Shown one piece after another: positions 12,506 through 26,292 of a stretch of 64,000 nucleotides of DNA (position 1 is the stretch's first letter; each line of letters begins with the position of its first letter). The notes below the pieces were generated by a model, which was not told the DNA's origin, did not search any database, and was given only the letters and a program-made list of their open reading frames with translations. Source of the stretch: Macrostomum lignano (lineage: Eukaryota); the NCBI GenBank assembly GCA_002269645.1, contig NIVC01001167.1:1-64000 (forward strand), read 5' to 3'. The translations under genes and the position numbers were made by a program.

Positions 12506-15500
12506 TCAGGGCGAGCCCGGAAAGTCCCTGCCGCTGCCGTAGCCGCTGCTGCTGTCCCAGCTGACGGTGGACTGAACCACCGCTGGCGGTTGACATCGAG
12601 GTCGACGGCGACGCAGGCTCGAGTCCGGGAAGCCGCCGCCAACTTGAAAGTCTCGCAGAAATTCGCAGTCGTCCGCGGTTTCGTCCGCGTCAGCGAGGGC
12701 GAACAAACTCAGCGACGCGTTGCCTAGCAACTGACTTGACGACGGGGGCGTCGCAGTGGACAGCAGCATCAACTGGGCCGTGCCGTCCTCGGCCTCCAGG
12801 CTGCAGAGGCGAAACCCGACCGAGGACAGCAGATCGTGACAGCCGTCGCGACGCCACAGCGTCGAAGGAACCGTCAAACAGGCGGCTGTCGTGGCTGCTT
12901 TCGACGCTTCGTCGAGCAGTCTGCCGAGACTCTCCAGACAGTCGCTTTCGCTGCCGACTGCAGCGAGGAAGCGACGCAGCGCCAGCACAGCGGCATCGGG
13001 GAGGCTAATCAGGGCTCGAACTCTGGCCCCGGCTGCCTCCAAGTTGGTTCCCAACCAATGATAAGAGGCTTGAGACTCTGTCGGCGCGGTTTCCAAGTAT
13101 TGTAGCAGAGACCTAAGGAAGCGACGAACTTCTACAAGCCCGACAAAGTCACCGCCAGAGTGCTGCTGCAGGCTTGCCAGAAGAACTTGTCGAAGCATCC
13201 AACTAGCAGAGCCAGTTACAGATGGTAAACGCGTCCCGACGTCTCCTAATAGGATTAGTGGGTTGCTAGGCACGCTAGTATGGTTTCCATGGTCAGCCGT
13301 AGCTGTTTTTACAGCTTCAGTGATTCTTCCACCGCCAAATTCACCGCTGCACGTGAGAAGCTTTGAATACACCTGACTGAGCAGGCTTGGCTTCAGGCAG
13401 ATGAGCACAGCTCGAGCTCCTGCAGTCAGCAGAGTCTCAGCTTGCCTAATCAGCAAGCTCAATTGAATTGAGTTCAGCGAAATAGCCGACTCAGTTGAGC
13501 AGCTGATCACCACGAGTCGAGCTGCAATCGTCAGATGCTCGGTCTCTAAAACATCTGCAGTTGGAAAAGTTCCCATACTGATGTGGATGACTTCTTTTGC
13601 ATGAGATGCCAGTTGCTTCAACTGACACAAGGGCCGGTAGATGCAGGCTGCTGGGCGTTTTTCTCCACTGTCAGGGCTGCCCAATAAGAATTCGTTTGCT
13701 TGTTCTTCCTCTCTGTCTGTTAATGCTAGCAATCGACAGGTGGGTTCAACTGCAGGTGCCCTAGAAGTTCCCCGCTGCAGCTTCCTCCATCGTACGCAGT
13801 GGCTCAAACTGGGCGCCATGGCAACTGAAACTTGTCTATCTAGCAGTCCAGTCGTCAGATGGATTTTCAGCATCCTCTCAGCGTCGCAAACCACAGTCAG
13901 CCTTTGAATGAGTTCTCTAGAACTGCAAAGAGCCCGAGTCAGTTCTCGTACTGTCGAAGTTACAGCTTCTGAGCTAGCGGAGTCAACTTTTGCGCTCCTG
14001 CCAGTCCAGCCTCCTCGCTTGAACGAAGTCAGGAGCCAGACCAGCAGCTGGCGTTCGCCCGCCCAGCTGATGCACAGCACAGCTTCCCTATCATCCAGGT
14101 CAGTCAGCAGCACTTCTACCGCATCCGCATCCATATCTAAGCAGGTGCCATCGAGCGCCAAATGCAGTCGCCGTTCAAACTGCTCCAGCGCGCCCCGCCA
14201 GTCGCCCAAAGCTGCCAGGATTCGCTGCAGCCCGTCGAGACACTCGCCTAACGCAGCAACGTCGGATTGTTCATGGTCGAAACTGCCAGTCTCTTCGTTA
14301 CTCTGTCTATTCAGCGTCTTCAACTGCCCATCAGTCGCTAGTATCAGAGCATTTCGAGCCTCATCAAGACGGCCCAGCTGCTCCAGTGCAAGTCCGCGTT
14401 GATGATTCAGTAGCAGCAGCGGCTGGCGAGAAAGCTCCGGGGAGCAGTCGTGCTCACAGTTGGATTGATCGTCAGCGTTGCCTTTCGAAAGCTCAATTGT
14501 CTCCAAGGCGGCCTGGGCGTCTCCAGCCTTGCGCTGACTCTCAGCCAGCGCTGCTCGCGCTCGAAGGCGCCCAGAAGGCATCGGCGCAGCTGCCAGCGCT
14601 GCTCGTTGCCAGGCGACCGCTTCGGACCGGCGGCCAGCGAGCAGCCGCGCCCTGCCCAGCCAGCCGGCGGCGGCGGCCTCGCGCGAGCGGCAGCCGACCC
14701 GACGAGCGGCGGTCAGCTGAGCGGCGAAGCAATCGCCGGCTGATTGAAGGTCCGGTGACTCGGACGACTGCAACAGCAGCAGGCGGCCCATGGCTTCGTA
14801 GGCATCGGCGGTAACTGCGTCAGTTGTGGCGCTGGAGACAGCGGCTGGTCTCGCTGCAGAAGCCATTGACAGGCATTTTTCGGTGCAGAGCAGAGCCTGC
14901 TGAAAGTCTCCGCACCTCTGATGACATTCAGCCAGCTTGATGAGTATGACAGTTTGAGCTAGCCATTTAATTTCCAAGGCGCTCTTTGAAATATTTCGCT
15001 CCTCTGAAGTTGCAGCGACGCTGCAAGCCTCGCAGGAGCAGCTCGAACTGTTTCTGATCGCTTGCAATCCGGCAATTCCCGCAGCTCTCTGCGGTGCCGT
15101 CCAGTTGAATGGTTTCGATGACTCACTTTCGTCAGTTGAGTTCAATACGCCTAGACAGCGCTGGTAGCAGCTGACAGCTCGTCCTTTCTGACGCAATCTT
15201 TGATAACAATCGCCCAGCATAAGCAGCAAGTCGGCCTTGAAGCATTCAATAATTCCGTGTTGGTCCCCAGTTTCTTTGCTGTCAAGCAGGCTTTGCAGTC
15301 TCTCCAGTTGCTTTGCAGCCTCGGACCAGTGCTTCGCCGACATCAGCGCTGCAGCGAGACGAAATACTGCTGTCGAATCAGAGCCTTCGCTCACTTTAAC
15401 CGCGTCCCGATGGCAGCGCAGGCAGGACGCCACGTTGCCCACGGCCAGGTTGACATCTCCGAGGTCTCCCAGCGCAGTCTGCAGAAGCTTCGGGCATTCA

Positions 15501-18500
15501 GCAAGTCGAGCCGCTTCAAGAGCCGCTTGTTGATGGCGTAGAGCTCCGGGCAGGTCGCCAAGGCGCTCTCGCACCGCTGCCAAGCCTGACAGAGTCTTCG
15601 ATGTCTGCTTTGAGCAGCCGGCCTCGGAGCAGGCAGCCAGGCTCAGCTCCAACGCTGTTTCAGCCTCTGGAAATCGACCCTGAAGCAGCAGAGTTCCAGC
15701 CATTCCCCTGTTTGCTTTCGTCATTTCAAGCGGAGGTATCGGACCCGGCGTCTGCGAATCTCGGTAGCAGCGTTCAGCATCAAGTAGATTACCGCATTGC
15801 AATTGAAGACTTCCCAGTCTACGGTATGCTCGTGCCTTAACTTTGCAGACCGTTTCATTGTCACTGGGGCGGGTGGCCGGTCCAGACAGGGCCGATAGAA
15901 GGTTCTTGTACGCGTCCAGCACAGTTTGAAGATCGCCTGACCGAGTAAACCCAGCCCGCACGCTCTGCCAGAGAGTGTCAGCCAGGCAATCGAGCGAGTC
16001 AATTCGGCTGTTGACGCCTGTCGATAAATCCGCGAGTTGACGCGCAAACTGCAGCGCATCTGACCAATGTCCCAGCGATCGACAGCTGCTGACCAAATCT
16101 TTCAGACAGGCACTCTTCTGATGATGGTCAGCGCGCAGGTCGTTGAGCAGCGATAGGCGCTCAGAGTGTCGGCGCAAAGCGGCTCGATGCTCGCCTCGAG
16201 CAGCCTGACAACGACCTGCGAAGGATGAGATCAGGTTGGAGGGGTTTTAGGTTGTCTCAAAACACTTTCACCAATTTTTGAGTAACGTTAATCCAAAATA
16301 TCATGGATTTTGATGAGTAAAAACTGCCTGCGAGAGATAAAGTAATTATGGGGTGGGTGTGCTCACTGCCTGCGAGAGATAAGGTAATTATGGAGTAAGT
16401 GTGCTCACTGCCTGCGAGAGATAAGGTAAATTATGGGGTGGGTGTGCTCACTGCCTGCGAGAGATAAGGTAATTATGGAGTAAGTGTGCTCACTGCCTGC
16501 GAGAGATAAGGTAATTATGGGGTGGGTGTGCTCACTGCCTGCGAGAGATAAGGTAATTATGGGGTGGGTGTGCTCACTGCCTGTGGACTTGTTAGTTATT
16601 CTCGTGTCATTTTATTTCCGCCAGAAATAACGGCTTAAATAAACCACAAGTTGCTCGTGTTTCGTTCGATATTCATTTAATTTTTTTACTTATCAAACCC
16701 TTTTTTAAACTATTTAAACGGTAAAGTTGGAAAGCTTTAAAAACAATTTTCGTCCTGGTCGTAATTTCGAAATTCATACGTTTTTTCCTACACAAAGCAT
16801 ACCGTAAAAATCATAAATTGTCTTCGTCATAAATTCGCGTGCTTCACATTTTTCAAAGCCCTACTGACCCTGCTAAAGCACCCCCGGCGGGAAGGCCGTT
16901 GCATCAATTTTTTCTTTTATCTCTTCGCTCTCATTTCGCCATCTCGCCGGCTCCGCTACGGCGACGTGACTAAAAGAATCAAAAAAGCAGTTGCGATTCT
17001 GGTGCTGCGTACATTTAAGAAGATTTCATATTTTACTCGGCCTCATTTGTCTCCTGCGTCTTTGCTGCTTGGGGAGGGGTTGGGCATCTCTGCAACCCTC
17101 AGTGGGAGCCAGAAGCGCTCTTAAAAATTGGGAAACAAACAGGCGGCATCCATTAGCCTCTGTTGCCGACAAAGAGAAAGGAGGAGAGGAGGCCAACTTT
17201 GACCAGCGTCAGTGCGTGGCGCATCAGAACAGACGAAAGCTAGAGGCAGAAGGAAATGCAATGCGGAAATAAGGGCCAGGCGTGCCCCCGATTCTGAACG
17301 GCGAATAGAAGTGCAGCAGAGTGAAAGATTTTTTGAGGACACGGACATGGCTACGACGCTTGGTATGCTGCTTTGACCTGGATTGTGTTGACATGCGTAG
17401 GACTAGCAGTTTTGCTGAGGGATTTAGAGGGTAATGCTGAGGTGTTTTGATTGAGGTCGAGTGGGTGATGCTGTGGTGTTTTGATTGAGGTCGATTGGGT
17501 GATGCTGTGGTGTTTTGATTGAGGTCGAGTGGGTGATGCTGTGGTGTTTTGATTGAGGTCGAGTGGGTGATGCTGTGGTGTTTTGATTGAGGTCGAGTGG
17601 GTGATGCTGTGGTGTTTTAATTGAGGTTGAGTGGGTGATGCTGTGGTGTTTTGATTGAGGTCGATTGGGTGATGCTGTGGTGTTTTGATTGAGGTTGAGT
17701 GGGTGATGCTGAGGTGTTTTGATTGAGGTCGATTGGGTGATGCTGTGGTGTTTTGATTGAGGTCGATTGGGTGATGCTGTGGTGTTTTGATTGAGGTTGA
17801 GTGGGTGATGCTGAGGTGTTTTGTTTGAGGTCGATTGGGTGATGCTGTGGTGTTTTGATTGAGGTTGAGTGGGTGATGCTGAGGTGTTTTGTTTGAAGTC
17901 GATTGGGTGATGCTGAGGTGTTTTGATTGAGGTCGATTGGGTGATGCTGTGGTGTTTTAATTGAGGTTGAGTGGGTGATGCTGAGGTGTTTTGATTGAGG
18001 TCGAGTGGGTGATGCTGTGGTGTTTTGATTGAGGTTGAGTGGGTGATGCTGAGGTGTTTTGATTGAGGTCGATTGGGTGATGCTGTGGTGTTTTGATTGA
18101 GGTCGAGTGGGTGATGCTGTGGTGTTTTAATTGAGGTTGAGTGGGTGATGCTGTGGTGTTTTGATTGAGGTCGAGTGGATGATGCTGAGGTGTTTTGATT
18201 GAGGTCGAGTGGATGATGCTGAGGTGTTTTGATTGAGGTCGAGTGGGTGATGCTGTGGTGTTTTGATTGAGGTCGAGTGGATGATGCTGAGGTGTTTTGA
18301 TTGAGATTGAGTGGGTCATGATGTGGTGTTTTGATTGAGGTCGAGTGGGTGATGCTGTGGTGTTTTGATTGAGGTTGAGTGTGTGATGCTGAGGTGTTTT
18401 GATTGAGGTCGATTGGGTGATGCTGTGTTGTTTTGATTGAGGTTGAATGGGTGATGCTGTGGTGCTCCATGGCTGGTTGAGTGGGGTGATGCTGTGGTGC

Positions 18501-19633
18501 TCCATGGTTGGTCGAGTGGGTGATGCACAACTCACCGATTTCTCCGAGAGCCTCAGCCGCTGCCTCCTTGTCCTCCAGCCTCTGCGCTGTCTGCAGCTTT
18601 GTCTGAGACAGCTTCTCGGCCTCATCCGACACCGTGGATTCTGTAGAGGACTCGGACTCTCTCGCATTGCGCCAGTTTTGCTGCCCAGTCTGCCGCTGGC
18701 TGAGCATCGAGTTTCGGGTATCCATGCGGGTGTGAAGTCGTCCCAGTGTTGACTGCTCAAATGCCGAATTGGATGACAGTCTGGAGTTCGAATCCTGTTG
18801 GCAAAGTCTCAAACGGCGTCGCTCGAAACGCAACGCCTCCGCGCTGCGTCCCAGGGCTGAGAGGGCGGCGATCAGGTTGCCAAGGGCGCGGCTCTGCTCA
18901 GCTGAGTCGTCTGCGAGAGGCAGTTGAGGATGAAATCGGGAATCTTTTGAGATAACTGCCAAAAAACGTAGTTATGGGGTGGGTGTGCTCACTGCCTGCG
19001 AGAGATAAGGCAATTATGGGGTGGGTGTGCTCACAGCCTGTGGACTTGTTAGTTATTCTTTCGTTCGAACTTTCCATCGTTCGTTCGAACTTAATCAACT
19101 GCCTTTACTTCCTCTTAACTACAGGCGAAGTGCTTATCTTGCAGTGCGTGATTCAAGCCATATTCCCAAATTGCCATGGCCAGCCACTCCAGCCCGATAT
19201 CCCATCTCAGCTAAACTGGGGAAATTTGCAATTTTGTACTTTCATATCTGATTGACAACTGGTCCACTCCATGGCATACGGGCCAGTTTACTGTGCCACA
19301 GCAGGGCTTTCTGGGTGAGTCAGCAGCTCCAAGGACATTTTTGGACTGCGGATACCTACTTTTATTGTGAACGGTTGGGTTGCTAGGAGGGGCTGGAATG
19401 GAGGGAGCGGATGAGAAGCAGGATAAATATTTGCTCCAATGCGAAACCCGAGACTTTATGCGCCTGGAATCTAAACTGCCTGGAGTTTGGAGCTTTTTTC
19501 CTGAAGTATCAGGTTTGCAGGCTTTTGAATTCTCACTGAGTTAATATCTAGCCTGTCTGTCTGTGTGTCTGTCTGTGTGTCTGTCTGTCTGTCTGTCTTA
19601 GTGTCTGTCTGTCTGTCTGTCTGTCTGTCTTAG

Positions 19634-19714
<81 letters not shown>

Positions 19715-22700
19715 GTGTCTGCCTGTCTGAATGTCTGTCTGAATGTCTGTCTGTCCATCTGACTGTCTCTTAAACCTATTTTTATAATTAAATGGACACT
19801 AAGAACTCCATTCTAAGCAGACTCTCTCTCTACTCTCTATCGTTCTTAAAAGTTCTCAAATCGTTAAAACTTTGTAAAGCAAGCCTGCAACTCATGTTTC
19901 TCCATTTCTCTCCAAGTCTTTGCGGCCATGCTACACGTGTAGAAAGCACTTTAATCCAGACATTTCCTCTTCTATCTCTCGTGGCGCGGCTACAGAGGTC
20001 AGAGAAGGACCAGCAGCCACCCGCGTACACAGCAGTTTTAATGACACCCCGGGAAGCCATGCAGATATACGAACGACAGTGGCTGACATGTTTGGTCCCT
20101 CAGGGACTTGGAAAATCCTGCCCAATACTGCCCAGTTTTATTGTTATTATCCGCAACTCATTGAGGCACTTGGGGCATTGGGCACAGTTTCGGGTTGTAG
20201 TTTTTTAGATAGGGGGTCAGGGCGATTTTTATTTGTTTGCAGAGGGGGGCGCGGATCAAACAATGGAAGCGTTGGACCGAAATGTTGGAAAGTTTTTTAT
20301 GAATTGAATCTATAGAGTGAAGGAAGGTTCTCAAGGTGGAAATATGGGGTAAGGCAGAGAATCTTTTAAAGGGTAGCAGCGAGGGAACAGAGGGTAGCAG
20401 AGAGGGGGAAGAGGGTAGCAGCGAGGGGATAGAGGATAGCACAGAGGGGATAGAGGGTAGCAGAGAGAGAAAGAGGTGGCAGAGAGGGGATAGAGGGTAG
20501 CAGAAAGGGGATAGAGGGTAACAGCGAGGGGATAGAGGGTAGCATAGAGGGGATAGAGGGTAGCAGAGAGGGAAAGAGGTGGCAGAGAGGGGTAGAGGGT
20601 AACAGCGAGGGGATAGAGGGTAGCATAGATGGGATAGAGGGTAGCAGAGAGGGGAAAGAGGGTGGCAGAGAGGGGAGGAGGTTAGCAGAGGGGGACAGAG
20701 GGTAGCAGAGAGGGGATAGAGGGTATCAGAGGGTACAGAGGGTAGCAGAGGGGGACAGAGGGTAGCAGAGAGAGGGTACAGGCGAGCAGATACTAGCACA
20801 GAATAGGTAGAGGGTAACATAGAGGGTGACAAATCGGCATAAAACTCACTGCAGCTCTCGGCCAGCTTCAGGTGACGCCTCATGCAGTCCAGGGCGGTGT
20901 CCCACCGCCCCAGCAGCCAGTGCGCCCGCCCAAGCGACGCGGTCACCGAGCAGCGCAACCGGGTCTGCGGCTCCTGACCGCCGATCCTCAGAGCGCACTC
21001 GAGGCAGACAGCGGCCCGTCTGGCGTGTCCGGCCGCCAGCAGCTCCTGACCGATGACGGAAGTCAAGGCGAAGGCGTCTTCAGACAGGCCGAGGTCGGCC
21101 AGCTGGTCCAGCGTGCGGGTGAACGAGGCTAAGGGATGAGGATTAGAGTATTGAAGGGAGTATTGTGAATGAATGGATTATCGTTAATTAATTATTATAA
21201 AATAACAGAAAAAGATTACCTAGAAAGGATTTTCACAAATGGATTATCGTGAAGGGATTATCGTGAAGGTATTATCGTGAAGGTATTATCGTGAAGGTAT
21301 TATCGTGAAGGGATTATCGTGAAGGGATTATCGTGAAGGGATTATCGTGAAGGTATTATCGTGAAGGGATTATTGTGAAGGGATTATCGTGAAGGTATTA
21401 TCGTGAAGGGATTATCGTGAAGGTATTATCGTGAAGGTATTATCGTGAAGGTATTATCGTGAAGGTATTATCGTGAAGGTATTATCGTGAAGGGATTATC
21501 GTGAAGGTATTATCGTGAAGGGATTATCGTGAAGGTATAATCGTGAAGGGATTATCGTGAAGGGATTATCGTGAAGGTATAATCGTGAAGGGATTATCGT
21601 GAAGGGATTATCGTGAAGGTATTATCGTGAAGGGATTATTGTGAAGGGATTATCGTGAATGGATTATCTTGAAGGGAATATCGTGATGGGATTATCGTGT
21701 AGGGATTATTGTGAAGGGATTATCGTGAACGGATTATCTTGAAGGGAATATCGTGATGGGATTATTGCAGGAGCGATTAGTTTGAAGCGATTACATGGTG
21801 AATGGATTCTGCAATGAGATTTTCAGAAGATTGTAAAAATCCGCCCCTTTAAAGGAATCCTCAGCCCACCTGCAATGGGAGAGTTGAGCGCCCCATCCAC
21901 CAGGTACCGGAGGCTGCGGCTATCGGCTGTGGAGTCGCTGCCCAGTAGTTGGCAGATCACGGCGGCAGTTTCAGCAAAGTCAGCCAGAGCTGCGGCAGAT
22001 TCCGAAGCGCCTTGGCGTTGAACTGCGGAGGCTGCCGTCGACAAAGTTGATGAAGAAGCTGAGCCAAGCATGGACTGTGCGATTGATGGGGTGGAGTGGA
22101 GGGGATTAAAAAATATTAAAAACCTGTCATACCTGGCATACCTGTTATACCCAATACCAAAACCTGTGATACTACAGGGATGCCTGTGGTATCCAATATC
22201 AGGGACACCTGTGATACCTGTTTACGAGTATCTGTTATTCCTGTTTATCTGTGATACCTGTTTACCTGTGATGCCTGTTTGCCTGGGATACCTGTTTACC
22301 TGGGATACCTGTTTACCTGGGATACCTGTTTACCTGGGATACCTGTTTACCTGGGATACCTGTTTACCTGGGATACCTGTTTATCTGTGATACCTGTTTA
22401 CCTGTGATACCTGTTTACCTGGGATACCTGTTTATCTGTGATACCTGTTTACCTGTGATACCTGTTTACCTGGGATACCTGTTTATCTGTGATACCTGTT
22501 TACCTGTGATACCTGTTTACCTGGGATACCTGTTTATCTGTGATACCTGTTTACCTTGGGATGCCTGTTTATCTGTGATACCTGTTTACCTGGGATACCT
22601 GTTTACCTGGGATACCTGTTTACCTGGGATACCTGTTTATCTGTGATACCTGTTTATCTGTGATACCTGTTTATCTGTGATACCTGTTTACCTGGGATAC

Positions 22701-23909
22701 CTGTTTATCTGTGATACCTGTTTACCTTGGGATGCCTGTTTATCTGTGATACCTGTTTACCTGGGATACCTGTTTACCTGTGATACCTGTTTACCTGGGA
22801 TACCTGTTTATCTGTGATACCTGTTTACCTGTGATACCTGTTTACCTGGGATACCTGTTTATCTGTGATACCTGTTTACCTTGGGATGCCTGTTTATCTG
22901 TGATACCTGTTTACCTGGGATACCTGTTTACCTGGGATACCTGTTTACCTGGGATACCTGTTTATCTGTGATACCTGTTTACCTTGGGATACCTGTTTAC
23001 CTGGGATGCCTGTTTACCTGGGATGCCTGTGTTTATCTGTGATACCTGTTTACCTTGGGATGCCTGTTTTACCTGGAATATTTGTCTTCTTTTCTCGTTC
23101 AAGTTTTATAGCTAGCAGAATACTTTTTAGAAACCATTTGATTAAAGAGTGCCAAAAGTACTCTGAGTCCGTTTCTAAGAAACTTTCACTCAGTCCCTAT
23201 CAGCTGTACCTGCAGATGGAGCAGACCTTTTCCCGCTCAAGTTCTATACTGATTGATCGATTGACTGACTTATGAAGCGCTGAATTTCTCCAAGAATTTC
23301 ATGTACTTTTTAATGTGTCAGCAAAACCGATATTTTGCGTTGAATTAATAACTTGCTGGTTAAATTCGACTAAAACTACCGAGAATTGCATCGTGTCGCG
23401 GTTGAGCTCGAGCACACAATGCAAATTTGCAGTCTCCCCCTTCTTTTACTCTCATTTATTTTCTCTCTTAGGTAAACTTGCCCTGTCTTTTCCATGAGAA
23501 ACTGCCAAGTCGAAACTAGTTTTCGCTTTGTAGATAACAATAACTCGATCCTTTGGATAGGCTCGTAGCGAATAAAGCTATAATTACCAGGGCAGCCTCT
23601 GCCTTGGCCTCTGCGTTTAAGTTTTCCATCTCTGTGTCAGTTTATCTCGTCTCTTCCCTACTCAGGTATCCCTTCAGCATCTCCACTTCCGACTGGACTG
23701 AGCAGGCATGACACTCATTTTTGTGTGAATCGCTAATTAACTGTCTAATTAAAAGGGAATTGCACGGCGGTTTGAGGATGTTCAGGTTAAATCGGGGGTC
23801 AAGGAGAGGTAGTTACCCTGAGTAAATCTTGTAAATAGATTGACAAGTACTTTTATGCAATGGGTGGACAGATAGATAGATATTCAGGCAGATAGAAAGG
23901 CCGACAGGC

Positions 23910-23950
<41 letters not shown>

Positions 23951-23951
23951 C

Positions 23952-23982
<31 letters not shown>

Positions 23983-24051
23983 CTAAGACACTAAGACACT
24001 AAGACAGACAGACAGGCAGACAGACAAACAGACAGACAGACGGACAGACAG

Positions 24052-24090
<39 letters not shown>

Positions 24091-24093
24091 CTA

Positions 24094-24134
<41 letters not shown>

Positions 24135-24137
24135 CTA

Positions 24138-24182
<45 letters not shown>

Positions 24183-24625
24183 CTAAGACAGACAGACAGA
24201 TCTCTCACCTCGCAGCTCCCTCTGCTCCCATATCTGTCGGCACTCCTGGAGCGCCTTAAAATCGGCGCCCCTTCCTCATTGGCGCCACCGCTAGCGCCGC
24301 TGTCCTTCCTCAGCCGGCTGATGCGCCTTAGTGACCCGGTGATCCAACGCTTCAGCGATGGCCCATCGCTCCTGCCATCTGCTGACTTCGAGGCTCCCGC
24401 AGCATCCACCGCCGGCGCCAGTTCCGACGTGGATTTCCGTCGTCGACTCAGCTTCCGACTGAGTCGCAAGCTGCCAAAGAGTCGAGGAATTCGTTGAGGC
24501 TGCTGAGTCTCGGGCGCGAGGGTTCCTGAGGTTTGCTCGTCAGCATCTTGTCTTTGGTCTTCTTCTGTTGCTACCTGCTGCTGCTGCTGCAACTCCATAG
24601 GAGTGTTTCTCGCCCATTTCAACAT
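12506..24625 (-). CDS. TTC28: TTC28-like TPR + degenerate CHAT domain protein, ~1660 aa, 5 exons
   Basis: Exons 24625(or 24598)-24209, 22074-21870, 21128-20850, 18910-18536 and 16215-12506. All introns are GT-AG with compatible phases (0,1,1,1); total 4986 nt is a multiple of 3. SVIGQELLAAGH..CLECALRIG matches TTC28 SVVGQELLTAGH..LEAALKIG; many TPRs; CHAT-like EVIHIS / ARLVVISC; C-terminal LWRRDGCHDLLSSVGFRL matches TTC28 LWRLPGCHEFLAALGFDL. Confidence 0.85.
16326..16582. repeat. 42-bp tandem repeat in TTC28-like intron 4
   Basis: GCCTGCGAGAGATAAGGTAATTATGGGGTGGGTGTGCTCACT, about 6 copies; about 2 further copies at 18970-19050. Confidence 0.9.
17437..18528. repeat. 34-bp minisatellite starting at the intron 4 donor of the TTC28-like gene
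   Basis: GTGGGTGATGCTGTGGTGTTTTGATTGAGGTCGA, about 30 copies; it produces the repetitive tail of the 512-aa ORF. Confidence 0.95.
19555..19770. repeat. (CTGT)n microsatellite
   Basis: Direct reading. Confidence 0.95.
20370..20826. repeat. ~21-bp purine-rich minisatellite next to the intron 3 donor
   Basis: GCAGAGAGGGGATAGAGGGTA units; 7-aa periodicity in the ORF track. Confidence 0.9.
21241..21765. repeat. 14-bp minisatellite (GG[G/T]ATTATCGTGAA) in intron 2
   Basis: Direct reading, about 37 copies. Confidence 0.95.
22205..23075. repeat. 17-bp minisatellite (GATACCTGTTTACCTGG / GATACCTGTTTATCTGT) in intron 1
   Basis: Direct reading. Confidence 0.95.
23905..24200. repeat. (GACA)n microsatellite abutting the intron 1 donor
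   Basis: Starts about 8 nt inside the intron (donor at 24208 on the minus strand). Confidence 0.95.
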
Positions 24626-25164
24626 TTCGAGTCAAGTTCGCCAACTCTTCAAAGCTCGCGTCCTAATAATGATAATGAGGTTTTCTTTAATGATATTCTC
24701 AAGTTGCTCAATGGTTTACATGGTCTCAGGTTTCTCTATCGGGCGACTTGTCCAAAGACCAAGAAACGCTTTTAACGATTACGTAATCAAATCTGCGGGT
24801 TTTTTATACGAAAGCAGTCTCTCGATAGCTATGTGTATAGGTGTAAAGTTCGTTTACCTTTGTCTCTTCTGGCTTTCTGGTTTAACTTTTTATTCACGAG
24901 CTGAAGGTATGCATGGGTGGGCCTGTTCAGGAGAAGACGTAGGAACAAGAATAGCTTTCGCGTCAGCCAATGAAATCGGGTCTGCAGCGGAGGAAGAGAA
25001 GAGGGGATGCCTGTTCCGTGTGTCCTCAGCCCCGCCTCCCTAAGGAGCCATGGAGAACCAACAGAAGCAATCCGGAATGGGATTTGTTCTCCTTATTTTT
25101 GGCAGGAAATTTTAGAATTTAAAATTTTTAGTATATAAGAATTGTACAAAAGGCGTTTGCAATA

Positions 25165-26292
25165 TGGCACCAAAACAGCTGTCAAATTGGCGCCAAAACA
25201 GCTGTCAAATTGGCGCCAAAACAGCTGTCAAATTTACAGCTAAAGCAACTGTCAAATTGGCGCCAAAACAGCTGTCAAGATGACGCCAAAACTGCTGTCA
25301 AGATGGCGCCAAAACAGCTGTCAAATTGGCGCCAAAACAGCTGTCAATATGACGCCAAAACCGCTGTCAAGATGGCACCAAAAAGCTGTCAAATTGGCGC
25401 CAAAACAGCTGTCAAGATGGCGCCAAAACAGCTGTCAAGATAGCGCCAAAACAGTTGTCAAGATGACGCCAAAACAGCTGTCAAGATGGCACCAAAAAGC
25501 TGTCAAATTGGCGCCAAAACAGCTGTCAAGATGGCGCCAAAACAGCTGTCAAGATAGCGCCAAAACAGCTGTCAAATTAGCGCCAAAACAGCTGTCAAGA
25601 TGGCGCCAAAACAGCTGTCAAGATGGCGCCTAAACAGCTGTCAAATTTACAGCTAAAGCAACTGTCAAATTGGCGCCAAAACAGCTGTCAAGATGACGCC
25701 AAAACTGCTGCCAAGATGGCGCCAAAAAGCTGTCAAATTGGCGCCAAAACAGCTGTCAAGATGGCGCCAAAAAGCTGTCAAATTGGCGCCAAAACAGCTG
25801 TCAATATGACGCCAAAACCGCTGTCAAGATGGCGCCAAAAAGCTGTCAAATTGGCGCCAAAACAGCTGTCAAGATGGCGCCAAAACAGCTGTCAAGATAG
25901 CGCCAAAAAGCTGTCAAATTGGCGCCAAAACAGCTGTCAAGATGGCGCCAAAACAGCTGTCAAGATAGCGCCAAAACAGCTGTCAAGATGACGCCAAAAC
26001 AGCTGTCAAGATGGCGCTAAAGCTGCTGTCAAATTGGCGCCAAAACAGCTGTCAAGATGGCGCCAAAACAGCTGTCAAGATAGCGCCAAAACAGCTGTCA
26101 AGATGACGCCAAAACAGCTATCAAGATGGCGCTAAAGCTGCTGTCAAATTGGCGCCAAAACAGCTGTCAAGATGGCGCCAAAACAGCTGTCAAGATAGCG
26201 CCAAAACAGCTGTCAAGATGACGCCAAAACAGCTGTCAAGATGACGCCAAAACAGCTGTCAAGATGGCGCTAAAGCTGCTGTCAAATTGGCA
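25165..26292. repeat. 23-bp minisatellite (GGCGCCAAAACAGCTGTCAAGAT)
   Basis: About 48 copies; explains the 23-aa-periodic ORFs here. Confidence 0.95.

Noticed and set aside
12506-14100. Active caspase-like CHAT protease as a CBASS-style effector
   Set aside because: The catalytic His-Gly and Ala-Cys motifs are not intact, and the gene matches conserved TTC28.
17424-18760. 512-aa and 267-aa His/Thr/Gln-rich ORFs as novel repeat proteins
   Set aside because: Only 18536-18910 is exonic (TTC28-like); the rest is read-through past a GTGAGT donor into a 34-bp minisatellite.
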